Shown here: positions 26,630-36,175 of the stretch, piece after piece
How the letters are laid out: each line of letters opens with the position of its first letter
Position numbering within the stretch: position 1 is the stretch's first letter
Source of the DNA: Alphaproteobacteria bacterium
Lineage (GTDB): Bacteria > Pseudomonadota > Alphaproteobacteria > Bin95
DNA: 64,000 nt
Assembly (NCBI GenBank): GCA_963665325.3
Contig: CAXXWS020000002.1
Location: forward strand, 480,001 to 544,000
Direction of reading: 5' to 3'
The notes under the pieces: generated by a model
The model's database searches: none
Seen by the model: the letters and a program-made list of their open reading frames with translations, nothing else
What the model was told of the DNA's origin: nothing
Position numbers and translations under genes: made by a program

Positions 26630-29600
26630 GCCGCCGCTCCACGCCGCTGTTGTCTGCCGGCCAGCCGGTCGGCCATGGCGTCCAGCACCTCGCGCACCGA
26701 GGCGCGGGAGCGGGCGCCGCGCGCCTCCAGCTCTGCCAGCACGTGCTCGATCTGCTGGAGAGCTGATCCGGCCGGGAACGCCTCGGCGAGCACGCGCCGC
26801 GCCTCGGCCGGCCCGAGGCGGGACTGGACCCTGCGCCTCAGCGCCACGTCCACCGGCCTTGTATTGAGCGCCCAGAGCTCCTGCGGCCCGGGCGCATTGA
26901 CCACCAGCTGCTCCAGCCGCCCGCGTTCGCCGGGGGCGATCAGCAGCGCCGGCGCGCCGCCCGGGCCGGGTCCCGTCAGCTCGAACTTCACGATGTCGTT
27001 CAGCGTGTCCGTCAGGCCGAACGTGGCCGCCATGGCCTCGACCTCGCGCGCCTGGCCGCCCGCGCCCAGGATCCAGTATTGCGTCGCCAAATCGACCAGG
27101 CCGTCGCCGAAGTCCTCCAGCCGCTGGCTGGAGAGCGCGAGCCGGGCGCCCGCCTTCCTTGCCTCGCGCACGTCGCGCTCCACCTGGGCGCGCACGGCCG
27201 GCGCCCCGGCCGTGCGGTGGTATTCGTCGTAGCAGAGCCGCTTCGGGGTCTCGCGGACCTCCCGGTTGCGCCTGGCGTGCCAGTCGCGGTAGCGCTCCGG
27301 CACCCCGGCCAGGTCCTCTTCCGCCAGCCACCAGGTCCGCGTCAGCGCATGGCGGGCCAGCATGTAGAACGCCGCCGTCTGCCGGTCGGCCTCGGGGCTG
27401 CCCGTCGGCGCGACTTCGGCGAGATCGATCACCGCGAGGCGCGCATTGCCGATATCGAAGGACGTCGCCCGGAACATGTTCGGCCAGGCTGAGGAGAGCC
27501 CCGTCAGGATGCGCCGGAACGCGGCCGTCACCGTCTCGCCGCCGGACCCGTAACGGGCCTCGCGCACCAGGCCCTGCACGGCTTCGGCCTGCGCCGCCGA
27601 GGGCAGCTCCGCGAATGTCGGCGCCGCGCGGCGCTGCGCCCGGATGGCGGCCTCGACGGCGCCGGCCTCGAAGAGCGCATCGACGACCTCCCATTGCAGC
27701 GCCTCTCCGTGCAGGGCGATCCCGTAGAGGTCGAGCGCGGCATCCACTTGCGCGTCCTCGCCCCGGTTCCAGAGCTTCGGCTCGCCGTTCCTCGCCGTGT
27801 CGGAGGCGAGCTTGTAGGCTTCCTCGACGGTGGCCCCGATCAGCTCGCGCATGCCGTCGGGCAGGCCGCCGCTGCCGACCGGCGTCACCATCAGCGAGAG
27901 CAGGTTCACGAGGAACGCGCGCTCGGCCGGCAGCGGGAAGCGGCAGCCGAGCTGCGTGTCCATGGGGTTGACGGCATCGGAGGCGTCCATGCGCCAGCGC
28001 CAGCGGCCCGCCTCGTGGCGCCGCGAGACCGGCAATGCGTCGCGCACCATCTCCACGAGCCCGGCCGCCGAGGGCCCGATATCGACGACGGCCTGCAGCG
28101 GCAGGCGCGCCTGGCCGCCCTGGAGGCAGAAGGCGAGCCCGAGCGTGTTCAGCAGCACCGACTTGCCCCGCCCCGGAATGCCGTGGATCAGGTCGAAGCC
28201 GTGCTCGGCGCCCTCGAAGCCGAAGGGCAGCGCCTTGCCGTCGGGCGCCATGAACATGTGCGAGGCGGCCGCCATCCGGTCCGACCGCGCGAGCGGCGCC
28301 GGGCGCGACACCGGCAGCATGCGCAGCACCTGGTGAAGAGGCGCCAGGCCCGCCACCGCAGTCGAGCCGCAGGCGAAGCCCGGCGCCGACATCGCCAGCG
28401 CCTGGAGCGGGTCTCCGGTGACGCGCGTCACCGCGATCTCACCCCAGCCCTCGACGAGCTGCTGCAGACGGCTCGCGCGGCGCGTCAGCTCCTCCCGCCT
28501 CGCTTCCGTCGCGATCGGCCCGTCCACCCAAGTCAGGAACTGGACCCGGACCCTGACCACGGCGCGCCCGGTGTCGGCATGGGCGGCAAGCGCCCGCGAG
28601 GCGTCGCGCACCGCCAGGCTGTCCGAGGAGGAGAACGCCAGGAACGGCGCGAGCGCATGGCGCAGCACCGCGCCCGCATGCTTCATGCCGCCGCCTTCGA
28701 TCAGCACCGAGACGCGGAGCGGCAGGTTGCCGGCGGCCGCCAGCCGCGCCATCAGCTCGGAGAACGGCCTCACGATGCGGGGTCCGAGCTCCATGTCGAA
28801 CGGCGCCCAGAGGCGCGGGCCCAGCAGCACCGTGCGGGCGTCGAGAACCTCCGGGTCCTGGATCAGCACCTGCGGGGCGAGCGGCGGCGGGAAGGCGCCC
28901 AGGATCGCGGGCTCCAGCTGGCGCGGCGGGGCCTCGTTGGCCGAGGTCACCGGAACCCAGCCGTCGCCGACGCTCTCCGGGCCCATCAGCCACCAGCGCA
29001 GCACGCGCACCGCGTCATGCGCGCCGAGAACCCGTGCGACCAGGCCCGTCTCCTCCAGCACGGCCTGCACGGACTCCGTGAACGCCAGATGCCTTGCGCC
29101 CAGCGCGCCGTCGGCCGCGAACGGGCATTGCGACTCGTCATCGCCCGGCGCCCAGTCCTGCATCCGGCGCTCGATCGCCTTCCTCTCGCGCTTCGCCTGG
29201 TCGCGCGGCAGCACGGCCGCGCCGCTCCAGCAGGCGATGGTGAGCCGCTCGCCCGCCGCCCGGGGCGCCAGGCGCTCAACCCTCTCGGCGATCGGGCCCT
29301 CGAGATCGAGCCCGAGCCGGGCGCAGCTCTGCCGCTGGCGCCCGGCCGCGTCCTCGAGCAACCGCCTTCCTTCCTCCGGCGCGCGCTCGAAGACGACATG
29401 CAGCGTGTGGCCGCGCTCCAGGAACGCCGTGCCGAGCCGGCGCTCGACCGTCTCCACCAACCGGTCCAGCTCCGCCTCTCCCATCGCGCTGCGGGCGCCG
29501 CCGACATCGATGACCGACGCAAGCGAGCCGTCATGGCCGATCAGCAGGCCCGTCCCGTCGCGCTCGGCCGCGGCGCGCACCAGCATGAAGCTCTCCAGCG

Positions 29601-29667
29601 GCTTGCGCCGCACGTCCCACGACCAGTGAAGCAGGTCCTCCAGCCCGTCCGCGAGGCCCCGCCGCAT
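26626..29667 (-). CDS. icmB: IcmB/DotO (TraU) VirB4-like ATPase
   Basis: GIPGRGKS Walker A; DIGPS; NPMDTQLGCRFP; CYDEYHRT; REARK. Confidence 0.92.
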   Translation of the reverse strand: MRRGLADGLEDLLHWSWDVRRKPLESFMLVRAAAERDGTGLLIGHDGSLASVIDVGGARSAMGEAELDRLVETVERRLGTAFLERGHTLHVVFERAPEEGRRLLEDAAGRQRQSCARLGLDLEGPIAERVERLAPRAAGERLTIACWSGAAVLPRDQAKRERKAIERRMQDWAPGDDESQCPFAADGALGARHLAFTESVQAVLEETGLVARVLGAHDAVRVLRWWLMGPESVGDGWVPVTSANEAPPRQLEPAILGAFPPPLAPQVLIQDPEVLDARTVLLGPRLWAPFDMELGPRIVRPFSELMARLAAAGNLPLRVSVLIEGGGMKHAGAVLRHALAPFLAFSSSDSLAVRDASRALAAHADTGRAVVRVRVQFLTWVDGPIATEARREELTRRASRLQQLVEGWGEIAVTRVTGDPLQALAMSAPGFACGSTAVAGLAPLHQVLRMLPVSRPAPLARSDRMAAASHMFMAPDGKALPFGFEGAEHGFDLIHGIPGRGKSVLLNTLGLAFCLQGGQARLPLQAVVDIGPSAAGLVEMVRDALPVSRRHEAGRWRWRMDASDAVNPMDTQLGCRFPLPAERAFLVNLLSLMVTPVGSGGLPDGMRELIGATVEEAYKLASDTARNGEPKLWNRGEDAQVDAALDLYGIALHGEALQWEVVDALFEAGAVEAAIRAQRRAAPTFAELPSAAQAEAVQGLVREARYGSGGETVTAAFRRILTGLSSAWPNMFRATSFDIGNARLAVIDLAEVAPTGSPEADRQTAAFYMLARHALTRTWWLAEEDLAGVPERYRDWHARRNREVRETPKRLCYDEYHRTAGAPAVRAQVERDVREARKAGARLALSSQRLEDFGDGLVDLATQYWILGAGGQAREVEAMAATFGLTDTLNDIVKFELTGPGPGGAPALLIAPGERGRLEQLVVNAPGPQELWALNTRPVDVALRRRVQSRLGPAEARRVLAEAFPAGSALQQIEHVLAELEARGARSRASVREVLDAMADRLAGRQQRRGAAA

Positions 29668-30056
29668 TACTGGAACTTCGGCTTCTGGAGCCCGGGATCG
29701 CGGTCGAGGCCGATACCTTCGACGATCGAATCGATCAGCGCCGGCGCCGAGGCCAGAGCCACCGCGACCAGAATGCCCACCACCGGCAAAGCGAGCCCGC
29801 CGCGCTGCTGGTTCTCCAGGTTGGTCTTGAAGCGCAGGATCGCCCAGCCGCCGACGAATATCGCCAGCCCATAGAACACCCATTCCATCAGGACCATCGC
29901 CTCCTCGATCTGGGTGGCTCCGTCCTCCGCCAGCTCGCCCAGCGTCACCGCCTTCGCCGGACCCGCCCGGAACAGCACCGCGGTGAACGCCGCCGCCGCC
30001 AGTCCCGCCATGAACTCCCGGACCTGCCGGGCCATGGCTTCCATTCTCTCCTTCAT
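29667..30056 (-). CDS. IcmD/DotP-like small membrane (pilin-like) protein
   Basis: Signal plus two TMs; AILRFK..ENQQ; directly upstream of icmB; strong RBS. Confidence 0.65.
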   Translation of the reverse strand: MKERMEAMARQVREFMAGLAAAAFTAVLFRAGPAKAVTLGELAEDGATQIEEAMVLMEWVFYGLAIFVGGWAILRFKTNLENQQRGGLALPVVGILVAVALASAPALIDSIVEGIGLDRDPGLQKPKFQ

Positions 30057-30091
30057 CTCCAACCTCCTTCTTCCGGTTGAAATCCGCCGTC

Positions 30092-30448
30092 TCATTCGCC
30101 GCGCCAGACGGGCGGTTCATGTCCAATGGCCAAACCCTCCAGCAGCGCCTCGATCAGCGAGGGCGCCGTGGCCAGCGCGACCGCGAAGGCGATCCCCACC
30201 ACCGGCGTAATCAGGCCGCCGGGCTTCGGGGCATCGAAATGCATTTTGAGCCTCAGGAGCGCCCAACCGCCGACGCACACTGCCAGCGCGTAGAATGTCC
30301 ATGTCACCAGCCACGGCAGCAGGTCCTCGAGCGGATGGCCGGGGCGGTACAAGAGGTCCTCGCCCATCCCGTAAGGCTTCGCGACCGCCATGCCGGCCGC
30401 CAGCGACGCGCCGGCCGCGAAGGCGGAATACGCCGCCCGCCGCCTCAT
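30092..30448 (-). CDS. Second IcmD/DotP-like paralog
   Basis: FYALAVCVGGWALLRLK..GGLITPVVGIAFAVALATAP parallels 29667..30056. Confidence 0.6.
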   Translation of the reverse strand: MRRRAAYSAFAAGASLAAGMAVAKPYGMGEDLLYRPGHPLEDLLPWLVTWTFYALAVCVGGWALLRLKMHFDAPKPGGLITPVVGIAFAVALATAPSLIEALLEGLAIGHEPPVWRGE

Positions 30449-30978
30449 ATCGGCACCGCCTGGACGCCGAGCGTCTCCTGAAGGGCGCGGACCAGGCCCG
30501 CCATGTGCCAGGCGAGCACGCCGCCCAAGAGGTGCGAGCCGGCCTGCGCCAGCGTCGCCTGGCCGCGCCCGTCCACCGCGTGCTTCAGCACGAACAGGCC
30601 GCGCATGAACGCGAACACGCCGATCCACGCCACCACGGTGAACGCCGCCTGGACCGCGGCGCCGAAGCGCGCCCACTCGCCCGAGGCGGGCGGGATCCAC
30701 GCCACCGCCGCCGCCGCCTCGCGCTCGGCGCCGAACAGCGACTCGCCGCCCGCGGCCAGCACCGCCGGCAGCTGGGCCAGCAGCGGCGCCAGCAGGAACA
30801 GCATCGCCGTGCCCGTCGCCGTGCCGGGCCAGTGGCCGCCCGCATGGCGCAACAGGCGCAGGCACGCCCCCAGGAAGCAGAACGCCGCGAGCGCATAGCA
30901 GACCCAGGTCATCAGCGTCCGGAGCGCCGGGTCGACGTTCTCGACCAGCGCCCGGAAGGCCTCCTCCAGACCGTTCAT
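30445..30978 (-). CDS. IcmC/DotE (TraQ)-like membrane protein
   Basis: Four TMs; WIGVFAFMRGL, HLLGGVLAWHM; follows icmE. Confidence 0.65.
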   Translation of the reverse strand: MNGLEEAFRALVENVDPALRTLMTWVCYALAAFCFLGACLRLLRHAGGHWPGTATGTAMLFLLAPLLAQLPAVLAAGGESLFGAEREAAAAVAWIPPASGEWARFGAAVQAAFTVVAWIGVFAFMRGLFVLKHAVDGRGQATLAQAGSHLLGGVLAWHMAGLVRALQETLGVQAVPI

Positions 30979-32216
30979 TGCGCGGCGCCCACGTTGGGCC
31001 GGATGACGGCCCCGCCGGCATCGATCGTGGCGACGGGAGGTTCGCGTCCGGGCGGTGCGGCGCCTGACGCAGGCTCCGCACTGCCGCCACGCTCCTCCGG
31101 CTCGGGCGGCGCGGTCACGACCAGCACCAGCTCGGTGTCGACCGGGACCCGGACCGTCGGCCCGTCCGGAGCGGACTCCAGCAGCACCCGGCTCGCGACC
31201 CGGGCCGCGCTGGCCGCGCCCGCATGGACCTGCTGGCGGTGCGTGGGGGCCCCGCTCTCCACCGTTATCGAGTTGCCCGAGGCATCGCGCGTCACGATCT
31301 GCGCCGTGCGCGCGGCCGCATCGAGGAACCCTTCCGCGAAGGCCAGCGCCGAGGGCAGCAGCACGCGCTGGAACCAGTGCCGGTCGACCTCCCCCGGAAT
31401 GCCGTAGCAGGCGCAGCCCGGGTCCACCGCCCAGCCCTCGACCGCCCAGCTTCGCCGCCCGAGCGAAAGCCGGTCGATCCGGATCACCAGCCGCTCGCCC
31501 TGCTCCTGGAACGCCCCGGTCGCGACGGCGCCCGCCAGAGGCGGCTCCAGCACCTCCAGCACCACCGGGCCCGGCCAGTCGCTGTTCGCTTCGTAGAGCG
31601 TGCGCGCATAGAGGCCCCGGCCGACGGCCAGGGCCGCGAGCGCCGCCGGCAGCCGGGACGCGGCCCGGCCCCGTTCCGGACCGGCCCGGGCGCTCTCCAC
31701 CGTCTCTTCGCGGGCGTATTCCAGCCAGGCCGCCTTGCCCGGCGGCTCGCCCAGCACTTCCAGCAGCGCGTCGAGCGGCGAAGACGACGCCTCCCGGTCG
31801 CGGCCGCGCTCGGGCAGGCGCTCGCGGTATCCGGCCGCCGGCTCGGCGCGTTGCCGCTCCACCGGATCGTCCGGGGCCGGCCGGGCCTCCGGAGGAGCCT
31901 CCACGATGTCGGGAGGCGGTCCGGCTTCGGCGGCGGGCACGGCCGGGATCGTCGCCGGGGGCGGTCCCTCCCGCACAGCGGGCCCGGGAGGTGCTGGCCG
32001 CGTCGGCTTGTGGAAGGTCGGCGCGAAGCTCTCGCCCTCCTTCCGGGCCCGGCGCTCGCGCGTCGCGTCGTCCGCCTCGATCGCGTCGCGAAAGGCCGGC
32101 GCCACCGGCTTCTGCGGGTCGAACTGGACACCCTCGCCGCCCGATTCCGCCCAGGCCCCCGAGAGCGGAAGCAGGAGCGCAGCGAGCGCCAGCGCCGCGA
32201 GACGGACAACCGCCAT
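30975..32216 (-). CDS. icmE: IcmE/DotG (TraO) VirB10-like core protein
   Basis: YARTLYEANSDWPGPV..L.GA...G.F, VDRHWFQR; Pro-rich N-term. Confidence 0.82.
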   Translation of the reverse strand: MAVVRLAALALAALLLPLSGAWAESGGEGVQFDPQKPVAPAFRDAIEADDATRERRARKEGESFAPTFHKPTRPAPPGPAVREGPPPATIPAVPAAEAGPPPDIVEAPPEARPAPDDPVERQRAEPAAGYRERLPERGRDREASSSPLDALLEVLGEPPGKAAWLEYAREETVESARAGPERGRAASRLPAALAALAVGRGLYARTLYEANSDWPGPVVLEVLEPPLAGAVATGAFQEQGERLVIRIDRLSLGRRSWAVEGWAVDPGCACYGIPGEVDRHWFQRVLLPSALAFAEGFLDAAARTAQIVTRDASGNSITVESGAPTHRQQVHAGAASAARVASRVLLESAPDGPTVRVPVDTELVLVVTAPPEPEERGGSAEPASGAAPPGREPPVATIDAGGAVIRPNVGAAQ

Positions 32217-32222
32217 CGGCTG

Positions 32223-32528
32223 TCAGCCCTCCCCGCCGCCATTGACCGCGCGCTTCAACGCCGTCGCGGGGCGGAAGTGGACGACCCGCCGGGCCGGTGC
32301 CGTCCCGCGCTCTCCCGTACGGGGGTCGGTGAACGGCCTCTCGGCCCGCTCCCTCGTCGAGAACGTTCCGAAGTCCCGGAACACCACCCGGTCGCCGGCC
32401 GCGATCCGTTCCTGCATCCCCGAAATCACCGCGTCCACCGCAATAGCGGCCGCCTTCCGGTTCAGTCCCGTCTCCCTCGCGACCGCGATCGTGAGCTCCT
32501 TGCGCGCCCACCATGTCTTCTCTGTCAT
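32223..32528 (-). CDS. hup: HU/IHF-family DNA-binding protein
   Basis: GDRVVFRDFGTFSTRERAER..DPRTGE...PARRVVHFRPATALK. Confidence 0.92.
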   Translation of the reverse strand: MTEKTWWARKELTIAVARETGLNRKAAAIAVDAVISGMQERIAAGDRVVFRDFGTFSTRERAERPFTDPRTGERGTAPARRVVHFRPATALKRAVNGGGEG

Positions 32529-32529
32529 G

Positions 32530-33558
32530 TCAGTTCTCCCTTGCAGGCTGCGGGATGTCGGTCCGTTCCAGGAAGGCCGCCCGCAGCTCGCGGCCCTCCT
32601 CGGAAACCATCGCGTAGGGAACCCCCGCCAGCCGGTAGGCCCAGCGCCCCGAGGGATCGCGCTCCGCCGCGCGCGGGCCGGGCGAGAGCAGATGCGCCCG
32701 GGTCACCAGCAGCAGCTCGTCGCCGAGCCGCCAGGCGCGCGCCTCGACGCCCTCGACATCGAGGGGAAGGGCGCCGGCCGGGGGATTGCCCGAAAGCAGG
32801 CCCAGCAGCATGTCGGAGCCGGCATGGAAGCCGGCGGCGCCGGCGCCGGCGAGCGGATCGGCATTGGGACCCGCCTTGGCGAGACGCAGGTCCACGCGGA
32901 AGTCGGCCACGCCCTCGCGCTCGCCCAGCATCAGCAGCACCGGCTCGGCCAGGCCCTCCAGCATCACCGAGGCATTGCCCGCGAGCCACCGGGCCTCCGG
33001 CGCGAAATGCACCAGGTGCGGACTGCCGTCCCGCTTCGTCGCGCCCAGGCGCCCGTCCGCCAGCACCGCCTCGATCGGCCAGGGCGCGCCCGTGCGGTCG
33101 AAGAACCCGACCGAGGTCACATAGCCCGCCCTGACCGCGATCTCCGGCACCCCGTCCGCGGCCAGCGGGTCGAGCCTGAGGCGGCGCACGCGCCCGAGGG
33201 CCTTGCCTTCCCGCGCATGGGCCGCCGCCTGCTGCGTCTGCCGCAGCAGGCGCCCCAGAAGCTCGATCTGCTCGCGGGTCAGGGGCAGCCGCGCCCGGCC
33301 CGCCGCAGCCGCCTCCTCGTCCGGCATCGCATGCTCCGGCCAGATATCGCCGTCCGGATCGGGCGCGGCGCCGGTGTTCGGCACGGAGCCCACGTTGGGC
33401 ACGGAGCCGACGTTCGGCCCGGAAGAGGGCGGAGGCAGCGTCTCCGGTCCGGGCGTCGCCGGCGCCTGCGCCCGGGCCGGCGAGGAGGCCGCCGGCATTC
33501 CGAGCGCCAGCAGCGCCGCAATCCCGGCAGCCCGGACCCGCGTTCCTGTCCACGTCAT
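32530..33558 (-). CDS. icmK: IcmK/DotH (TraN) core-complex protein
   Basis: PLTREQI, GYVTSVGFFDRTGAPWPI, GNASVML..L..PV, VDLR...GPNA. Confidence 0.88.
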   Translation of the reverse strand: MTWTGTRVRAAGIAALLALGMPAASSPARAQAPATPGPETLPPPSSGPNVGSVPNVGSVPNTGAAPDPDGDIWPEHAMPDEEAAAAGRARLPLTREQIELLGRLLRQTQQAAAHAREGKALGRVRRLRLDPLAADGVPEIAVRAGYVTSVGFFDRTGAPWPIEAVLADGRLGATKRDGSPHLVHFAPEARWLAGNASVMLEGLAEPVLLMLGEREGVADFRVDLRLAKAGPNADPLAGAGAAGFHAGSDMLLGLLSGNPPAGALPLDVEGVEARAWRLGDELLLVTRAHLLSPGPRAAERDPSGRWAYRLAGVPYAMVSEEGRELRAAFLERTDIPQPAREN

Positions 33559-34217
33559 CGCCGCCCCTCCGCCTTCCTCGCCAGCAGGAAGTCCGCGATC
33601 GCGACGCCCGAGAGCCGTTCGGAGCGCGGAACCCGGACCACCAGCGCCCGGGCCGCGAGGCGCTCGTCCGCCTTCTCGCCCTCGCCCGCGTAGAAGGTCA
33701 GCAGCAGCGGGAACTCGACCTCGTAGCCGACCGCCCCGTCCGGCATGGTCCGGAGCCGCGCCATCACCGGCGCCCCCTGCGCTACCGCCGAGACCACCTG
33801 GCGCTGCCTGCGCAGGCGCTCCAGCACCAGGCTCCGCTCCAGCACAAGCTGCCAGGCCCGGAACCCGTCTTCCGTGAACCGGCCGCGCATTTCCTCCATG
33901 CGGGCCTCCCAGTCGTCGAAGCCGATATCCAGCGCCTTCGTCACCGTCGCCACCGTCCAGGCGAGCATCACGTCCACCTCCATGCCGCCGCCGGCGTCCT
34001 CCTTGCCGTGGATCGGCACCGCCCGTCCGTCCGCGTCCAGCGCCAGCGCCACGGGGACCGTCTCGCGGAGCAGCATCGAGGCGAGCAGAACGGCCGCCGT
34101 CAGCAGCTGGCAGGCCGCGAGGCCGAGCGCGAGCGCCGGCCACGGGCCGTGATGCAGGGGATCGCGCGCCGCCGCCGCAGGCCGGGCGTCCGCGCCGTGC
34201 GTGTCTGCCGCCGTCAC
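33555..34217 (-). CDS. icmL: IcmL/DotI (TraM) paralog
   Basis: N-term TM; W...V..AL...F.D......RFT.DG, EFPLLLTF; GTG start coupled. Confidence 0.8.
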   Translation of the reverse strand: MTAADTHGADARPAAAARDPLHHGPWPALALGLAACQLLTAAVLLASMLLRETVPVALALDADGRAVPIHGKEDAGGGMEVDVMLAWTVATVTKALDIGFDDWEARMEEMRGRFTEDGFRAWQLVLERSLVLERLRRQRQVVSAVAQGAPVMARLRTMPDGAVGYEVEFPLLLTFYAGEGEKADERLAARALVVRVPRSERLSGVAIADFLLARKAEGRR

Positions 34218-34918
34218 CGGCCCGCCTCCCTCGTCAGATGCAGCAGCGCGACCGCGATCCCGGCGAGCCGCTCCGAGCGCGACATGCGCATCACCAGCGC
34301 CTTCGCGCGGAGCGTCTCCTCGACCCGCTCGTCCTCGCCCGCCCAGAAGGTCAGCAGCAGCGGGAACTCGACCTCATAGCCCACGCCCCCGTCGTCGAAA
34401 CGGCGCACCCGCAGGAGCACCGGCGCGCCCCGCGCCACCGCCGAGACCGCCTGGCCCTGGCTACCGACGCGCTGGAATACGAGGCTCTGCTCCAGCATCC
34501 GCCGGTAGCTCTCATAGCCCTCGTCCGTGAACCGCTTGCGAACGCCCTCCACCCGCATCCGGAAATCGTGGAAGCCCATGGTGAAGGCCTCGGTCACGGC
34601 CGCCACCGTCCAGGTGAGCATGAAGCCCACCTCGTCCTGGGCATCTGCGTTCTCCGCCGAGACGATCGGCAGCGTGCGGCCCGCCTGGTCCGTCGCGACC
34701 GCGACATAGACGGTCTCGCGCATGCCCATCCACAGCGCCAGCGCCGCCACCGTCAGAGCCTGGCCGGCAAGCGCGATCCCGGCGACCCGGCGCCAGACGC
34801 GGTGCTGCGCGATGTGGTAGGCCTCGGAGCGCGACACCGCCTCCATGACCGCACCGAGACGGGACGCGCGCTGCGTCTCCCTGCGTACCGTCCGGTCCCG
34901 CCACCAGAGGAGCCTCAT
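34214..34918 (-). CDS. icmL: IcmL/DotI (TraM) paralog
   Basis: TM then YVAVATD..GR..P; WTVAAVTEAFTMGFHDF...FTDEG; EFPLLLTF. Confidence 0.85.
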   Translation of the reverse strand: MRLLWWRDRTVRRETQRASRLGAVMEAVSRSEAYHIAQHRVWRRVAGIALAGQALTVAALALWMGMRETVYVAVATDQAGRTLPIVSAENADAQDEVGFMLTWTVAAVTEAFTMGFHDFRMRVEGVRKRFTDEGYESYRRMLEQSLVFQRVGSQGQAVSAVARGAPVLLRVRRFDDGGVGYEVEFPLLLTFWAGEDERVEETLRAKALVMRMSRSERLAGIAVALLHLTREAGR

Positions 34919-35883
34919 CGCCGCGCCTCCGTCGTCATGAAGTCCGCCGAGGCCGGCAGCCCGGCATAGGTGCGAATCCCGCCGTCCCGCCCACGCCAGG
35001 CGAGCCACGGCACGGCGTCGGCCCCGAAGGCGCGCCAGAGCGCATTGTTCGCCTCCAGGCGCAGCGCGTCCTCGGCGGTCGCCGGCGCCGGGTCCGAGCG
35101 GTACCACGCGAGGCCCGGGCGGGGCGAAGCAAGGATCCCGGCCGCATGCGTATGGGAGTCGGGGCTCATCACGCCCACCGGCACCGCATGCAGGCGGAAC
35201 GCGCCCTCGAGCGCCAACTGCCCCAGCTCCGCCGCCGCACGCCTGGACCAGGGACAGCCGGGATCGACGAACGCGACCAGGTCCGGACCGCTCTCGCCCA
35301 CCGTGAAGGCCGCGACATCGAGGCTGCGCTCGAACAGGGCGGCCGCGCGCGCCGGCCGCGCCGGGCCTGTGCCCGGGACCGAATGGCGCGGTTCTGCCGC
35401 CTCGCCGGCCGCAGCGCGCACCGCATCCGCCAACACGGCCTCGCCCGTTGCCGGCAGGGCGGCCCCAGCGGGGCTCGCTGACCGCGTCGGACCCGCAGTC
35501 CGCGTCGGACCCGCAGCCCGTTCGAGCTGGCCGCCCGTGAGCTCCAGGCCGTCCGGGCCGTAGAGCAGGCCCGCCACGACATGCCCGCCGGGCGCGGCAT
35601 AGACCGTCAGCACGCTGCCGTCCGCCTTGCGCACGAGCCAGCCGTCCAGCACGCCCGCGCGCCCGAGCGGCACGAGCTCCGCGCCGGCATCCCGGAGCGC
35701 CGCCAGCGACGCCGGCGGCGGGTCCGACGCGGACCGCGGGCCCAACGTGGGCTCCGTGCCCGGCGCAGACTGCGGGTCCGGCGCGGACTGCGGGGCCTCT
35801 GCCGAGCGCCCGAGGCTGAGCCCGCCCAGGATCGCCAGCACCAGCAGCGCCGAGAACGCGAATGCGCGAAGGATCGTCTTCAT
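34915..35883 (-). CDS. DsbC/DsbG-like thioredoxin-fold protein (IncI TrbB-like)
   Basis: Signal/TM; DsbG-like N-domain (VYA.P.G.VVAG.L); FVDPGCPWS; AVP cis-Pro motif. Confidence 0.78.
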   Translation of the reverse strand: MKTILRAFAFSALLVLAILGGLSLGRSAEAPQSAPDPQSAPGTEPTLGPRSASDPPPASLAALRDAGAELVPLGRAGVLDGWLVRKADGSVLTVYAAPGGHVVAGLLYGPDGLELTGGQLERAAGPTRTAGPTRSASPAGAALPATGEAVLADAVRAAAGEAAEPRHSVPGTGPARPARAAALFERSLDVAAFTVGESGPDLVAFVDPGCPWSRRAAAELGQLALEGAFRLHAVPVGVMSPDSHTHAAGILASPRPGLAWYRSDPAPATAEDALRLEANNALWRAFGADAVPWLAWRGRDGGIRTYAGLPASADFMTTEARR

Positions 35884-35884
35884 T

Positions 35885-36163
35885 TCAGCCCCGCCCGTAG
35901 TCGAGCGCGGTGCGCAGGCGCTTGCGCTGCACCGCGCGCCGCCCGCCCGCCATCGCGGCGCGGATCGCGCGGACCGCCGCCGGCGGCCGGTAGCCCCGCG
36001 CCTCCACCGCCCGGAATGCGAGCCACGCCAGGAATACCGCCGTCAGCGTCCACCAGCGGGGAAAGAACGCCGCCGGAATCGCGAAGGCCAGCAGGCGCGC
36101 GTCGAACGGCCCGAGCCGCACCGGGCGCATCGCGTCCCGCCATGACCGGTCCTCCTCGTCCAT
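35885..36163 (-). CDS. icmT: IcmT/TraK
   Basis: WRDAMRPVRLGPFDAR..P..WT......RGY...A.R.IR. Confidence 0.85.
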   Translation of the reverse strand: MDEEDRSWRDAMRPVRLGPFDARLLAFAIPAAFFPRWWTLTAVFLAWLAFRAVEARGYRPPAAVRAIRAAMAGGRRAVQRKRLRTALDYGRG

Positions 36164-36175
36164 GCCGCACCGCCC

